A stretch of DNA of 63,735 bases, the filler included, from Octopus bimaculoides (Eukaryota), in assembly GCF_001194135.2 (NCBI RefSeq). It is 10 parts of 10 records of this genome, joined end to end, with 100 filler letters (N's around TTAATTAATTAA, not from the genome) between each part and the next. Parts side by side here need not be neighbours in the genome. Positions count along the whole stretch, not along the records: positions 31,538 to 37,861 come from NC_068991.1; positions 37,962 to 42,905 come from NC_068987.1; positions 43,006 to 45,750 come from NC_069001.1; positions 45,851 to 51,365 come from NC_069006.1; 6 more parts are not named here. One strand, 5' to 3'. Shown piece after piece: positions 36,121 through 48,835 of this stretch. The position numbers and the translations under genes are program-made. The notes beneath the pieces are model-generated. The model was not told the origin of the DNA and ran no database searches. It saw nothing but the letters and a program-made list of their open reading frames with translations. The first letter of the stretch is position 1; each line of letters starts with the position of its first letter.

Positions 36121-36283
36121 AAGCGATGAGCTGGCAGAATCGCTAACACACCAGGCAAAATACTTTGCACCGTTTCGTCCGTCTTTACGGTCTGCTGATG
36201 TCGAGTTTGCCTTTCATCCTTTCGGCGTCAATAAAATAACTACCAGTTGAACATTGGGGTCAATGTAACCAATTTACCCCCTT
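36121..36283 (+). mobile_element. SINE family C
   Basis: GATGAGCTGGCAGAATCG head; TTTGCCTTTCATCCTTTCGGCGTCAATAAAATAACTACCAG core (resembles a conserved Meta-type SINE central domain, from memory). Confidence 0.75.
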
Positions 36284-36690
36284 TACAATCTTTACTACAA
36301 ATTACTGTTGCTGAATATCTCACGTTAAAAATAGTAATTTTCTAATTTACCCCCTCTCCTTAAATTTCTGGACTTCTGTTAAAATTTGAAATAAAATATT
36401 TATCGCTTATTTCATGCAGTTTTAGTATAAAACCAAATGTCACAACAACTAAAATACAATTTTTGTATAATGTTCGTAAGTTTGCGTGCACATTTCTCAC
36501 TTTATCACTAGTATGGATAATTATATTACGCTAATTTAAATTTTTCCTTTCTAAATATGCATTATGTAAAAAAGTAAAAAGTTCTCGTTCTATTCTTGTA
36601 TTGCTTTAATCCTAAGCGAATAATCAAAATTGATACTTAGTAAACCATATATACCCTGGTTGCGTTTTCTCAACGAAAACCTGCTCCTTC

Positions 36691-36958
36691 TTTGTAGGAA
36701 AGATTGTTTGCCAACATAACAAGGCAGTCCTGGTTTAGGACTAATGTTGCTGTAATTTAGCCTCAAGAGACATCATTTGTAACTCCCTATACGACACGAT
36801 CTGTGTCCTTATATTTTCGAACAAGGGAATCTAGCACATCCTTGTTCGAAAATATAGGGACACACATCGTGTCGTATAGCCAGCTGGGGCTAAATTACAG
36901 CAACATTAGTCCTAAACCAGGACTGCCATGTTATGTTGGCGAAAATCTTTACTACAAA
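36691..36958. repeat. 268-bp near-perfect foldback element
   Basis: Arms pair from TTTGTAG/CTACAAA inward to CGAACAAGG/CCTTGTTCG with a 13-nt loop and one internal mismatched block. Confidence 0.85.
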
Positions 36959-37175
36959 GTACTGTTGCTGAATATCTCACGTTGTGGGATTTAAAAATAG
37001 TAATTTTCCTGCTCCTACCTATTTGAATATGAACTCGCCGGGAAGCTTCTGACTGGGCATACGAAATGTTCAGTAGATAGTCGACACCTACAGCTAACAG
37101 TTGCATAGTGTCCTTCTCTTCCAGATTGTGAAAGCTTACCATAACGTTTCATCTAAAATAGATAATATTGAATTC

Positions 37176-37407
37176 GCCCTTTTAAATCCTAGCCAGGCTC
37201 ATGGACTCGGTTTCCCGGTTTCAATGGCGTATGTGTTCCCCAACTGGACGGTACGCCAGTCCATCGCAGCGTTACTCATTTTTGCCAGCTGGGTGGACTG
37301 AAGTGTTTTGCTCAAGAACACAACGCGTCGCCCGGTCCAGGAATCGAAACCACAATCTTACGATCATGATGCTGATACCGTAACCACGAAGCCACGCGCC
37401 TCCACGA
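37176..37407 (-). mobile_element. tRNA-derived SINE family D (CORE/V-like)
   Basis: Minus strand GTGGAGGCGCGTGGCTTCGTGGT...GGTTTCGATTCCTGG...TTGAGCAAAACACTT...CTGCGATGGACTGGCG. Confidence 0.7.
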
Positions 37408-38247
37408 CGTTTAATCTAAATACAGTGGAATTTTTTATGGGCATATATGGGTTAAACCTTTGTGTCTGCATTGAATGATGACGGTATGTCCTGTATGTAG
37501 GTAGCTTCTCACATTAAGATCGATGTTGTAAGTACGAGGCTAAAAGGAGTATTGGGTTAAGTTGGATGACTGGAATCATTAAAATGGTTTTCCAACATGG
37601 TGCTGCTGTCAGCACACTTAACAAAAGAATAACAGAAATATGTATATGTATATGCTTATATGTGTGTGAGCGCGTGTGTGTGTCTGTATGTGTATATGTG
37701 TGTGCGTGTGTGTGCAAGTGTGTGTACGTGTGTGTATGTGTTTATCTCTACGTCTATCTGTGTGTGTGTATGTATGTGCGTATGTGCGCATGTGTATGTA
37801 CATGTGTGTATATTTGTATGTGTCTGTGTGTGTGTGTGTGTGCATGTGCATATACATATATNNNNNNNNNNNNNNNNNNNNNNNNNNNNNNNNNNNNNNN
37901 NNNNNTTAATTAATTAANNNNNNNNNNNNNNNNNNNNNNNNNNNNNNNNNNNNNNNNNNNNATATATATATACATATATACATATATTTTTCAAAAGTTG
38001 AGAAAATGTTCTTGATGCAATTACCATATGCAAAAAAATTTTTTTTTTTTTTTTTTTTGATAATTAAAAAGTATCTTAAGAAAAACGGATTTAAACCAAC
38101 CTGTTGAAAGAGGATTTTGTGCATAAGTACTTTTGCTGTCTTCAGTGTTTGTACACAAAAATCTTCTCTCAATTAGGCCTGTGTTAATCAGCTTTTCTCA
38201 AAGATTTATTTCAGATAATTTTTCATTTCCAAATATCGTCATCATTG

Positions 38248-38281
<34 letters not shown>

Positions 38282-38492
38282 TGTCGGTGTCGTTGTTGTT
38301 GTTGTTGTTGTAGTCGTAGTCGTCCACTTTTTCAATGCTGACATGCATCACACGTAAGTCGCTGAAGCAGATTTCCTGCAGTTGGATGCCTATTCTGTCA
38401 CTAACTATCACGTTTCTAACCAAGGTAATAATTTCACATGAATGGGCATGTTTTCATGGAATCATCATCATCATCATCATCANNNNNNNNNN

Positions 38493-39100
38493 TATTCTTT
38501 GTAAGCCTAGTACTTATACTATCGGTCTCTTTTGCTGAACCGATAATGTTACGGGGACATTAAACACACCAGCATCGGTTGTGAAGCAATGATGGGGGAA
38601 CAAACACAGACACACAAACATATACATATGTATGTATATATACATATATATATATGTATATATATGATGGGCTTCTTTCAGTTAACATCTACCAAATCCA
38701 CTCACAAGGCTTTGGTCTGCCTGAGGCTATAATAGAAGACACTTGCCGAAGGTACCACGCAGTGGCATTGAACCCAGAACCATTTGTTTGGGAAGCAAAC
38801 TACTTACCACTCTGCCACTCCTGCACCTATGTATATTTACATTATATATATATATATATATACATATTCCATTGATATCTTTTGCTAAACTGCTCAGTCA
38901 TGGGGATGTAAACACACCAAGACTGGTTGTCAAGCAGTGACAAGGAACATAAACACGTAAACACACACACACATGAGCTTCTTACAGTTTGCGTTTCCCA
39001 AATTCATAGTCTAGGCGTTGGTCGGCCCTGAGCCACATGGGACTGAACCCAGAGCCACATGGTTGGAAAGCAAATTCCTTACCACACAGCCATGTCTGTG
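38493..39100 (-). mobile_element. Two tandem SINE family A copies
   Basis: 38493-38830 and 38870-39100, both reverse complement of the family. Confidence 0.75.
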
Positions 39101-39203
39101 CTTGTATGTTTTTTTTTATTCTTCAACAAGAATAGTATTGAGTAATCCTTCAATTCAATGTGAAACTGTTTTATTAGAACATAAAAGCAAACATCAACAT
39201 GTA

Positions 39204-39234
<31 letters not shown>

Positions 39235-39235
39235 T

Positions 39236-39271
<36 letters not shown>

Positions 39272-40728
39272 CATATANNNNNNNNNNNNNNNNNNNNNNN
39301 NNNNNNNNNNNNNNNNNNNNNNNNNNNNNNNNNNNNNNNNNNNNNNNNNNNNNNNNNNNNNNNNNNNNNNNNNNNNNNNNNNNNNNNNNNNNNNNNNNNN
39401 NNNNNNNNNNNNNNNNNNNNNNNNNNNNNNNNNNNNNNNNNNNNNNNNNNNNNNNNNNNNNNNNNNNNNNNNNNNNNNNNNNNNNNNNNNNNNNNNNNNN
39501 NNNNNNNNNNNNNNNNNNNNNNNNNNNNNNNNNNNNNNNNNNNNNNNNNNNNNNNNNNNNNNNNNNNNNNNNNNNNNNNNNNNNNNNNNNNNNNNNNNNN
39601 NNNNNNNNNNNNNNNNNNNNNNNNNNNNNNNNNNNNNNNNNNNNNNNNNNNNNNNNNNNNNNNNNNNNNNNNNNNNNNNNNNNNNNNNNNNNNNNNNNNN
39701 NNNNNNNNNNNNNNNNNNNNNNNNNNNNNNNNNNNNNNNNNNNNNNNNNNNNNNNNNNNNNNNNNNNNNNNNNNNNNNNNNNNNNNNNNNNNNNNNTCAT
39801 CATTGTCGGTGTCGTTGTTGTTGTTGTTGTTGTAGTCGTAGTCGTCCACTTTTTCAATGCTGACATGCATCACACGTAAGTCGCTGAAGCAGATTTCCTG
39901 CAGTTGGATGCCTATTCTGTCACTAACTATCACGTTTCTAACCAAGGTAATAATTTCACATGAATGGGCATGTTTTCATGGAATCATCATCATCATCATC
40001 ATCATTATCATCATCATCATCATCGTTGTTGTTGTTATATGTATATAACTTGCCCAAGGTGTCACACAATAGGACTGAACCCAGAACCATGTGTTTGAGA
40101 AGCAAGCTTCTTACCACACAGCCATTCCCATGTTGATATCTTTAATATCCAGGCATTTACTTGACTGGATTCTACATTCCATACAAGCTGTGATGTTAAC
40201 CATCCAAAAGATCGTTTCTCAACCTATTTCTATCCAATCTCCACATATCTATGTTGAATATATTTATCTGCCTATCACACAGCATCACACACCTCAAATA
40301 TCCTTTACGCAGTCGGCCCTTTATAAATAACAGAATTAAACTGCTCCTTGAAATTCATCCATTCTTTTCTCCCTGTAGTTACTATATTTGCCCCGTAAAC
40401 CCCACCATAACCACAACCTTGCCCCACAATCATAAATTAATAAATGTAGATAACAGAAAATATTACATCCTTTATCTAGGTGAGCCATCCGAGAAATTCA
40501 GGGATGTTTTTATTAGGAACTGCTCCCTTACATTTAGCATCATCTGAAACCCTGGATCCCTGCCAGAGACCCTACTGTGTCTGTTATATATCTGTGTAAT
40601 CTTTTAAGTAACCGATATTGACTTCCTATTTATACATTTCCTGTATATTAAGCACTGTTATACCCGGATATTTATCTGTCTGTCTGTCTATCTTTCTATC
40701 GTGTGTCTATCTATATGTCTATCTATCA

Positions 40729-40769
<41 letters not shown>

Positions 40770-40814
40770 TAACCCCTCATTCATTGGACAACGAATTATG
40801 ATTGCGAAGACCTA

Positions 40815-41341
40815 TTGAGGCAAGTGTAAACAAACCAAAATTGATGACGTAGCCGATGACAGTACCGCCTGATTGGCACTCATACCAGTAGAATGTTAAA
40901 AGCACATCCGAGTGTGACCGTTGCCAGGGCCAAGGACTGGCTCCCATGCTGGTGACATGTGAAAAGCACCATTCGAGCATGATCGTAGCCAGTGTCGCCT
41001 TACCTACACATGTGCCGGTGGCACGTGAAAAACAACATTCAAGCTTGGTCGTTGCCAGTGCCACCGGACTGGCTCTCATGCATGTAGCACATAAAAACAC
41101 CTTTCAAGTGAGAGCGTGGTCGTTGCCAGAACCGCCTGACTGGTCCTCATGCCGGTGGTATGTAAAAAGCACCCACTACACTCTCGGAGGGGTTGGCGTT
41201 AGGAAGGGCATCCAGCTGTAGAAACTCTGCCAGATCAGATTGGAGCCTGGTACAGCCATCTGGTTCACCAGTCCTCAGTCAAATAGTCCAAACCATGCTA
41301 GCATGGAAAGCGGACGTTAAACGATGATGATGATGATGATG
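40815..41341 (+). mobile_element. SINE-like family E with about 4 internal 60-70-bp subrepeats and an RTE-type tail
   Basis: Repeated AAAA(G/A)CA..TTCGAGC.TGGTCGTTGCCAG units; 3' end CCTCAGTCAAAT.GTCCAA.CCATGCTAGCATGGAAAGCGGACGTTAAACGATGATG shared with the RTE remnant at 18340; fragment at 16270-16378. Confidence 0.75.
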
Positions 41342-42211
41342 ATATATNNNNNNNNNNNNNNNNNNNNNNNNNNNNNNNNNNNNNNNNNNNNNNNNNNNNN
41401 NNNNNNNNNNNNNNNNNNNNNNNNNNNNNNNNNNNNNNNNNNNNNNNNNNNNNNNNNNNNNNNNNNNNNNNNNNNNNNNNNNNNNNNNNNNNNNNNNNNN
41501 NNNNNNNNNNNNNNNNNNNNNNNNNNNNNNNNNNNNNNNNNNNNNNNNNNNNNNNNNNNNNNNNNNNNNNNNNNNNNNNNNNNNNNNNNNNNNNNNNNNN
41601 NNNNNNNNNNNNNNNNNNNNNNNNNNNNNNNNNNNNNNNNNNNNNNNNNNNNNNNNNNNNNNNNNNNNNNNNNNNNNNNNNNNNNNNNNNNNNNNNNNNN
41701 NNNNNNNNNNNNNNNNNNNNNNNNNNNNNNNNNNNNNNNNNNNNNNNNNNNNNNNNNNNNNNNNNNNNNNNNNNNNNNNNNNNNNNNNNNNNNNNNNNNN
41801 NNNNNNNNNNNNNNNNNNNNNNNNNNNNNNNNNNNNNNNNNNNNNNNNNNNNNNNNNNNNNNNNNNNNNNNNNNNNNNNNNNNNNNNNNNNNNNNNNNNN
41901 NNNNNNNNNNNNNNNNNNNNNNNNNNNNNNNNNNNNNNNNNNNNNNNNNNNNNNNNNNNNNNNNNNNNNNNNNNNNNNNNNNNNNNNNNNNNNNNNNNNN
42001 NNNNNNNNNNNNNNNNNNNNNNNNNNNNNNNNNNNNNNNNNNNNNNNNNNNNNNNNNNNNNNNNNNNNNNNNNNNNNNNNNNNNNNNNNNNNNNNNNNNN
42101 NNNNNNNNNNNNNNNNNNNNNNNNNNNNNNNNNNNNNNNNNNNNNNNNNNNNNNNNNNNNNNNNTATATATATATATATGATGAACATATATGTTTATAG
42201 GTATGAATATA

Positions 42212-42246
<35 letters not shown>

Positions 42247-42550
42247 GCATGCATACACATATCTGTGCATGTATATACATATTCATATGTGTGTGTATGT
42301 GTGTATGTATCCAAATATATATACATATATATATACATGTTTGCATATATATGTATATGCACATATGGATACATAGACATGTATAAATATGTACATGTGT
42401 GTGTGTGTATTCATATATATATATATGAATACACACACTCACACATCTATATATGTATACATACATACATACATATATATATATATATAAATATATGTAT
42501 GTATATATACACACATACATCTATATATGTATACATACATATATACATAC

Positions 42551-42609
<59 letters not shown>

Positions 42610-43005
42610 TATGCATATACGCACACTGTTTGTGCGGCAGAACAGATATGAAAAAGTCATCAAAGATGATATAAAAGAAGTGGGGGGAGGGGAGAGCGTG
42701 CCAATAATATGTGTTCATTAAATATGGTGACAGATTCAGGTGATAGAACAGTCATCGATCGATATTGGAAGAGAAGATTGAAAAGAAATAGCAGCAGGAG
42801 TCATAGTAGTAGTAGCGGCAGCAGCAGTAGAAGCAGCGGCAGCAGCAGTAGAAGCAGCATTGGCAGTGGTCACAGAGATGGTGGTAGCAGCAGCAGCAGC
42901 AGCACNNNNNNNNNNNNNNNNNNNNNNNNNNNNNNNNNNNNNNNNNNNNTTAATTAATTAANNNNNNNNNNNNNNNNNNNNNNNNNNNNNNNNNNNNNNN
43001 NNNNN

Positions 43006-43047
<42 letters not shown>

Positions 43048-43146
43048 GATAGATAGATAGATAGATAGATAGACAGATGTATATATATATATGTATAAAT
43101 GTATATATATGCATATATACATATATATGCATATATGTATATATAT

Positions 43147-43177
<31 letters not shown>

Positions 43178-43620
43178 TACATATATATATGTATACATGT
43201 ATGTATTTATATACATATACACACACATATATATGTATGTATATGTATATATACATATATAGATATATATTATATATATGTTTGTATATATGTGCGTGTA
43301 TGTGTACATATGTATAAGAAACTACTATTGGGACAAATCTACCCAGACACACATCCATGGTGCGCACGCCACTTGTTTATTCAATCCAACAATACATCCA
43401 ATGAATATAGCAATTATTATGTATTAAGTCACAACTCGAACCCTCCACCCTTCTCTTTATAAATATGCTAACCTTGTTGACTCAATCGATGTCATCAATG
43501 ATTTATCGTTAGCGATTTCGGATCGATATCTTTACAATTTTATCATTATTGTTCATAGAATATTTTGTAGGCATTTATATTTAATACATAACATACATAC
43601 ACACATATATATTTATACAT

Positions 43621-43680
<60 letters not shown>

Positions 43681-44598
43681 NNNNNNNNNNNNNNNNNNNN
43701 NNNNNNNNNNNNNNNNNNNNNNNNNNNNNNNNNNNNNNNNNNNNNNNNNNNNNNNNNNNNNNNNNNNNNNNNNNNNNNNNNNNNNNNNNNNNNNNNNNNN
43801 NNNNNNNNNNNNNNNNNNNNNNNNNNNNNNNNNNNNNNNNNNNNNNNNNNNNNNNNNNNNNNNNNNNNNNNNNNNNNNNNNNNNNNNNNNNNNNNNNNNN
43901 NNNNNNNNNNNNNNNNNNNNNNNNNNNNNNNNNNNNNNNNNNNNNNNNNNNNNNNNNNNNNNNNNNNNNNNNNNNNNNNNNNNNNNNNNNNNNNNNNNNN
44001 NNNNNNNNNNNNNNNNNNNNNNNNNNNNNNNNNNNNNNNNNNNNNNNNNNNNNNNNNNNNNNNNNNNNNNNNNNNNNNNNNNNNNNNNNNNNNNNNNNNN
44101 NNNNNNNNNNNNNNNNNNNNNNNNNNNNNNNNNNNNNNNNNNNNNNNNNNNNNNNNNNNNNNNNNNNNNNNNNNNNNNNNNNNNNNNNNNNNNNNNNNNN
44201 NNNNNNNNNNNNNNNNNNNNNNNNNNNNNNNNNNNNNNNNNNNNNNNNNNNNNNNNNNNNNNNNNNNNNNNNNNNNNNNNNNNNNNNNNNNNNNNNNNNN
44301 NNNNNNNNNNNNNNNNNNNNNNNNNNNNNNNNNNNNNNNNNNNNNNNNNNNNNNNNNNNNNNNNNNNNNNNNNNNNNNNNNNNNNNNNNNNNNNNNNNNN
44401 NNNNNNNNNNNNNNNNNNNNNNNNNNNNNNNNNNNNNNNNNNNNNNNNNNNNNNNNNNNNNNNNNNNNNNNNNNNNNNNNNNNNNNNNNNNNNNNNNNNN
44501 NNNNNNNNNNNNNNNNNNNNNNNNNNNNNNNNNNNNNNNNNNNNNNNNNNNNNNNNNNNNNNNNNNNNNNNNNNNNNNNNNNNNNNNNNNNNNNNNNN

Positions 44599-44645
<47 letters not shown>

Positions 44646-44803
44646 TATGTGTATGTGTGTGTGTGTGTGTACAAGTGTGTACCTGTATGTGTATACTCAT
44701 GTATGCGTGTATGTATGTGTGCGTATGATGTGTCTATGCGTATTAAGTGAAGTAGGTCACAGCGATCACCCTCTTGGAGAGGGACCCCGTCACATCATAA
44801 TTG

Positions 44804-44934
44804 TGACGTCATGTCAACGGAGTAAGAAAACTTGTGTGGATCAGTGTTTACGATGGAGTGGGCGTGTCTGTAACGATATAGCAGAGAAAGGCTTTTAATG
44901 CTTTAACCAATCAGATGTCAAAGATAGGCGGGGC
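44804..44934 (+). promoter_or_regulatory. CRE + CCAAT + GC-box motif cluster
   Basis: TGACGTCA at 44804, CCAAT at 44907 and GGCGGGGC at 44927 in a unique, relatively GC-rich island between TA microsatellites. Confidence 0.3.
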
Positions 44935-45118
44935 TTATTCATCATGTTGACTTCCATCGGCGATCTTGTTTTCAACTATCTCTGTGAGGCATGTGTGTAT
45001 GTACATATATACGTGTATAAATGTTCATATTATATGCGTATAAATACGTTAACACACACACATATATAAATATATATATATATGCCTATATATATATATA
45101 TATATATATATATTTGCC

Positions 45119-45210
<92 letters not shown>

Positions 45211-45521
45211 TATAGATATGCGTATATACAGATATGTATATATGTACGCATCAATGTATGTATATAGCTATATATCTCTACCTCTATCTATATGCATGTA
45301 TATATATGTATGTGTGTATGCTTGAATGTATGCATGTATCTCTCTCTTTCTCTCTCTCTCTTTCACTCTCTCTATATACACACACACACACATACAGGTT
45401 GACAGAGAGACAGACAGGCAGACAGACAGGTAGATAGATTGATAGATTGATAGATAGAGAGACAGATAGAAAGTTCGATCGATCGATCGATCGATCGATA
45501 GGTAGATAGATAGATCTGTAT

Positions 45522-45690
45522 AGGCGCAGGTGTGGCTGTATCGTTAAGAGTTTACTTCCAAAGGCATAGTTCGGAGTTCAACCCCACTTCGTGACACCGT
45601 GGGCAAATGGCTACTATCAAAGCCTCGGGCCGACCAGAAGCTTGTGAGAACATTTGGTGGTGGTAACTGAAAGCAGTGTCGTGTATCTCT
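45522..45690 (+). mobile_element. SINE family A, diverged 5' half
   Basis: GGCGCAGGTGTGGCTGT head through ACTGAAAGCAG. Confidence 0.7.
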
Positions 45691-45702
45691 TTCTATATAT
45701 AA

Positions 45703-45750
<48 letters not shown>

Positions 45751-46670
45751 NNNNNNNNNNNNNNNNNNNNNNNNNNNNNNNNNNNNNNNNNNNNTTAATT
45801 AATTAANNNNNNNNNNNNNNNNNNNNNNNNNNNNNNNNNNNNNNNNNNNNGCACACCGCTTCCCTCCTCCATTTCACTCAATTCTAACGGTTCCCATTTC
45901 AGTAACCATCTTCCCTCACCCCTACACCCACCACTCCTATATCCACCCACCCCACACCCGTCAACCCGCCGCCACTTAATGTTGGCCTCCACCCGCCTTC
46001 GTCACCCGCCTCTTTAACAAAGAAACTCTGTAATGAAGCAATTATTTTCGCCGTCTGCTCGGCTGAAATAGTCATTTGTCAAACGGTAGACATATTGGTT
46101 TCAGTGCTTTAACCTTCATTATGAAGGTGTTAGCTGCGCCTCGGCTCTGTTTTCGATTGTATTTAACTGTTAATGTAATGGGACCTGCACTAAATCTAAC
46201 CGGGACTCTGATGGTGTTGGTTGAGCCCTAAACTGATTCGTTTTATCTCCCTATTGTCATAATCGGAATTGAGCAGTAAAATGTCAACTTAATTTTTATA
46301 ATACTGAACGATCTTTGCTCAAACAGCTTTCCATCCGTGGCCATCTCGTTTGTTTTTTTTTGTTTTTAGTTGCAATATATATAGAACTTCATCATCCATT
46401 GTGTTACACTCTTTTATGCGACAGTAGAAGTTGGCTTGAGGTAGATTTGGTTGTTATTTTCATCAGATCGCGCAGTTAACTACATAGTGGTCCTTACGTT
46501 GTTTCGTCTCATTTAATGTTTGTTGCGCTGGTGTGAGTTGAACCCTAAACGTTAAATGTATTTAACCACAGGACGGTTCTGATCGAACGATCAAAGTCAT
46601 TCCTGCTGTTACCAAACCGTTCCCCCCCTTCATCTTCAAGACCATTCTACATGCATCTTCAGTTGTAATA

Positions 46671-47150
46671 CTCGGATACATCATCAGTGTTGTATCCTGG
46701 GATCATTGGCTGTTTCGTGTTTTGCAGCATACACCTTCAACCGGGCGACCCATCCTTGGTTGGTCAAATCTAGGTCTGTCTCCAAGCAGCATTCTGCTGA
46801 TCTCACCGATCACTTCTTGAACAATCTAGATGCTTTCTCAATAGCCTCTACGCTGCTCTTCTTTGCTAATTCCTGAAATGCCCAGAGCTCCATAGGCCTT
46901 ATTCGGGGAAAGACCTGCCAATCCTCGACTACCAATCTCCACTGGCAAACATCTGTTTTTCTATCCATTCTTACGGTATTCCTCCACCAACTCCTGATTC
47001 TTGGTCCTTTTCCTCTCTTGCATATTCGTCCACCCTCTCCTTCCAGGAAACAGTTAATTCCAGTAGGACTGACTGCTTTGATATCTCAGACATTAAGATG
47101 ACATCTGGTCTAAACAAGGCTTGAGTGATATACTTAGATAACCTAGATTG
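46671..47150 (-). mobile_element. Hero/R2-like non-LTR element: restriction-like endonuclease and 3' tail
   Basis: LFRPDVILMSEISKQSVLLELTVSWKERVDE (RPD..ELT.PWE motif); tail GGGTCGCC.GG..GAAGGTGT...CGAAACAGCCAATGATCCCAGGATACAACACTGATGATGTATCC as recalled for Hero-type elements. Confidence 0.7.
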
Positions 47151-47229
47151 GTTTCGGCCATGATCGGCCCAGGCCATGACTAACTCAATAGCACCACCTG
47201 GAAAAGTCTTTTAATTAATTATTTCGGGA

Positions 47230-47860
47230 CACTACGGACTACTCAAGCAGAGAGTTGTTGTTGGCTGAGACGTATCCAGGTGTAGGTGGCTTATCCGGTA
47301 TTTCTTGGAGGAATTCGTCCAGGTACCGTTTGAAAGTTGCTGGGTTTTTTTCTACTTCAATTTCTTTCGGGATAACATTGAAAAGAGCAGGACCATTTGC
47401 AGTGAAGAAATTGGGTTGCAATGTTCTTATGTGATGTAATCTCGACCTTTGTAGGGGTCGCATTGCACGGAGGCCTAGTCTTGGGTGAATTGTAAACATA
47501 ATACTGATATCATTTGGATAATATTGGTGGAATATTTTCCACATGGTGCAAATAATGTATCACTCACGACGGCGTTGCATAGAATAGAGTTTCAGCTGTT
47601 TAAGTCGAGTTCAATAATCAAGTCCCGTCATGCTATCTATTTTATTAATGATTGATCTTTGTGGTGATTCGATCCTCATTATGTCTTATTTTTTTTTAGG
47701 GGGACCACAATGGGTAGCAGTATTTGAGGTGGGGACTAGCAAATGTGGAGAAGAGAAGGATGACAGTTTCATGATCCCTCGACTGGAAAGTTCTGAGGAT
47801 CCATGAGCACATTCTGCGGACAACATCGACTTTTTTGTTAATGTGCACACTCCGGCTAAG
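47230..47860 (-). mobile_element. LINE ORF2 C-terminal remnant (CR1/L2-group-like)
   Basis: RRMCSWILRTFQSRD...PHLKYCYPLWSP, QLKLYSMQRRRE, NGPALFNVIPKEI...FKRYLDEFLQEIPDKPPTPGY...NNSLL*; internal deletion; clade assignment tentative. Confidence 0.75.
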
Positions 47861-48633
47861 NNNNNNNNNNNNNNNNNNNNNNNNNNNNNNNNNNNNNNNN
47901 NNNNNNNNNNNNNNNNNNNNNNNNNNNNNNNNNNNNNNNNNNNNNNNNNNNNNNNNNNNNNNNNNNNNNNNNNNNNNNNNNNNNNNNNNNNNNNNNNNNN
48001 NNNNNNNNNNNNNNNNNNNNNNNNNNNNNNNNNNNNNNNNNNNNNNNNNNNNNNNNNNNNNNNNNNNNNNNNNNNNNNNNNNNNNNNNNNNNNNNNNNNN
48101 NNNNNNNNNNNNNNNNNNNNNNNNNNNNNNNNNNNNNNNNNNNNNNNNNNNNNNNNNNNNNNNNNNNNNNNNNNNNNNNNNNNNNNNNNNNNNNNNNNNN
48201 NNNNNNNNNNNNNNNNNNNNNNNNNNNNNNNNNNNNNNNNNNNNNNNNNNNNNNNNNNNNNNNNNNNNNNNNNNNNNNNNNNNNNNNNNNNNNNNNNNNN
48301 NNNNNNNNNNNNNNNNNNNNNNNNNNNNNNNNNNNNNNNNNNNNNNNNNNNNNNNNNNNNNNNNNNNNNNNNNNNNNNNNNNNNNNNNNNNNNNNNNNNN
48401 NNNNNNNNNNNNNNNNNNNNNNNNNNNNNNNNNNNNNNNNNNNNNNNNNNNNNNNNNNNNNNNNNNNNNNNNNNNNNNNNNNNNNNNNNNNNNNNNNNNN
48501 NNNNNNNNNNNNNNNNNNNNNNNNNNNNNNNNNNNNNNNNNNNNNNNNNNNNNNNNNNNNNNNNNNNNNNNNNNNNNNNNNNNNNNNNNNNNNNNNNNNN
48601 NNNNNNNNNNNNNNNNNNNNNNNNNNNNNNNNN

Positions 48634-48652
48634 CACATACACACACACACAT

Positions 48653-48685
<33 letters not shown>

Positions 48686-48835
48686 CGACGGGCTTCTTTC
48701 AGTTTCCGTCTACCAAATCCACTCACAAGGATTTGGTTTGCCCGAGGCTATAGTTGAAGACACTTGCCCAAGGTGGGACTGAACCCGGAACCATGTGGTT
48801 GGTAAGCAAGCTACCTACCACACAGCCACTCCTAT
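48634..48835 (-). mobile_element. SINE family A, 5' half
   Basis: Reverse complement of the head. Confidence 0.85.

Noticed and set aside
38270-40010. Apparent identical duplication of about 210 bp (38270-38482 and 39797-40010)
   Set aside because: Both copies are bounded by (ATC)n and N gaps, so this is most likely an assembly artefact.
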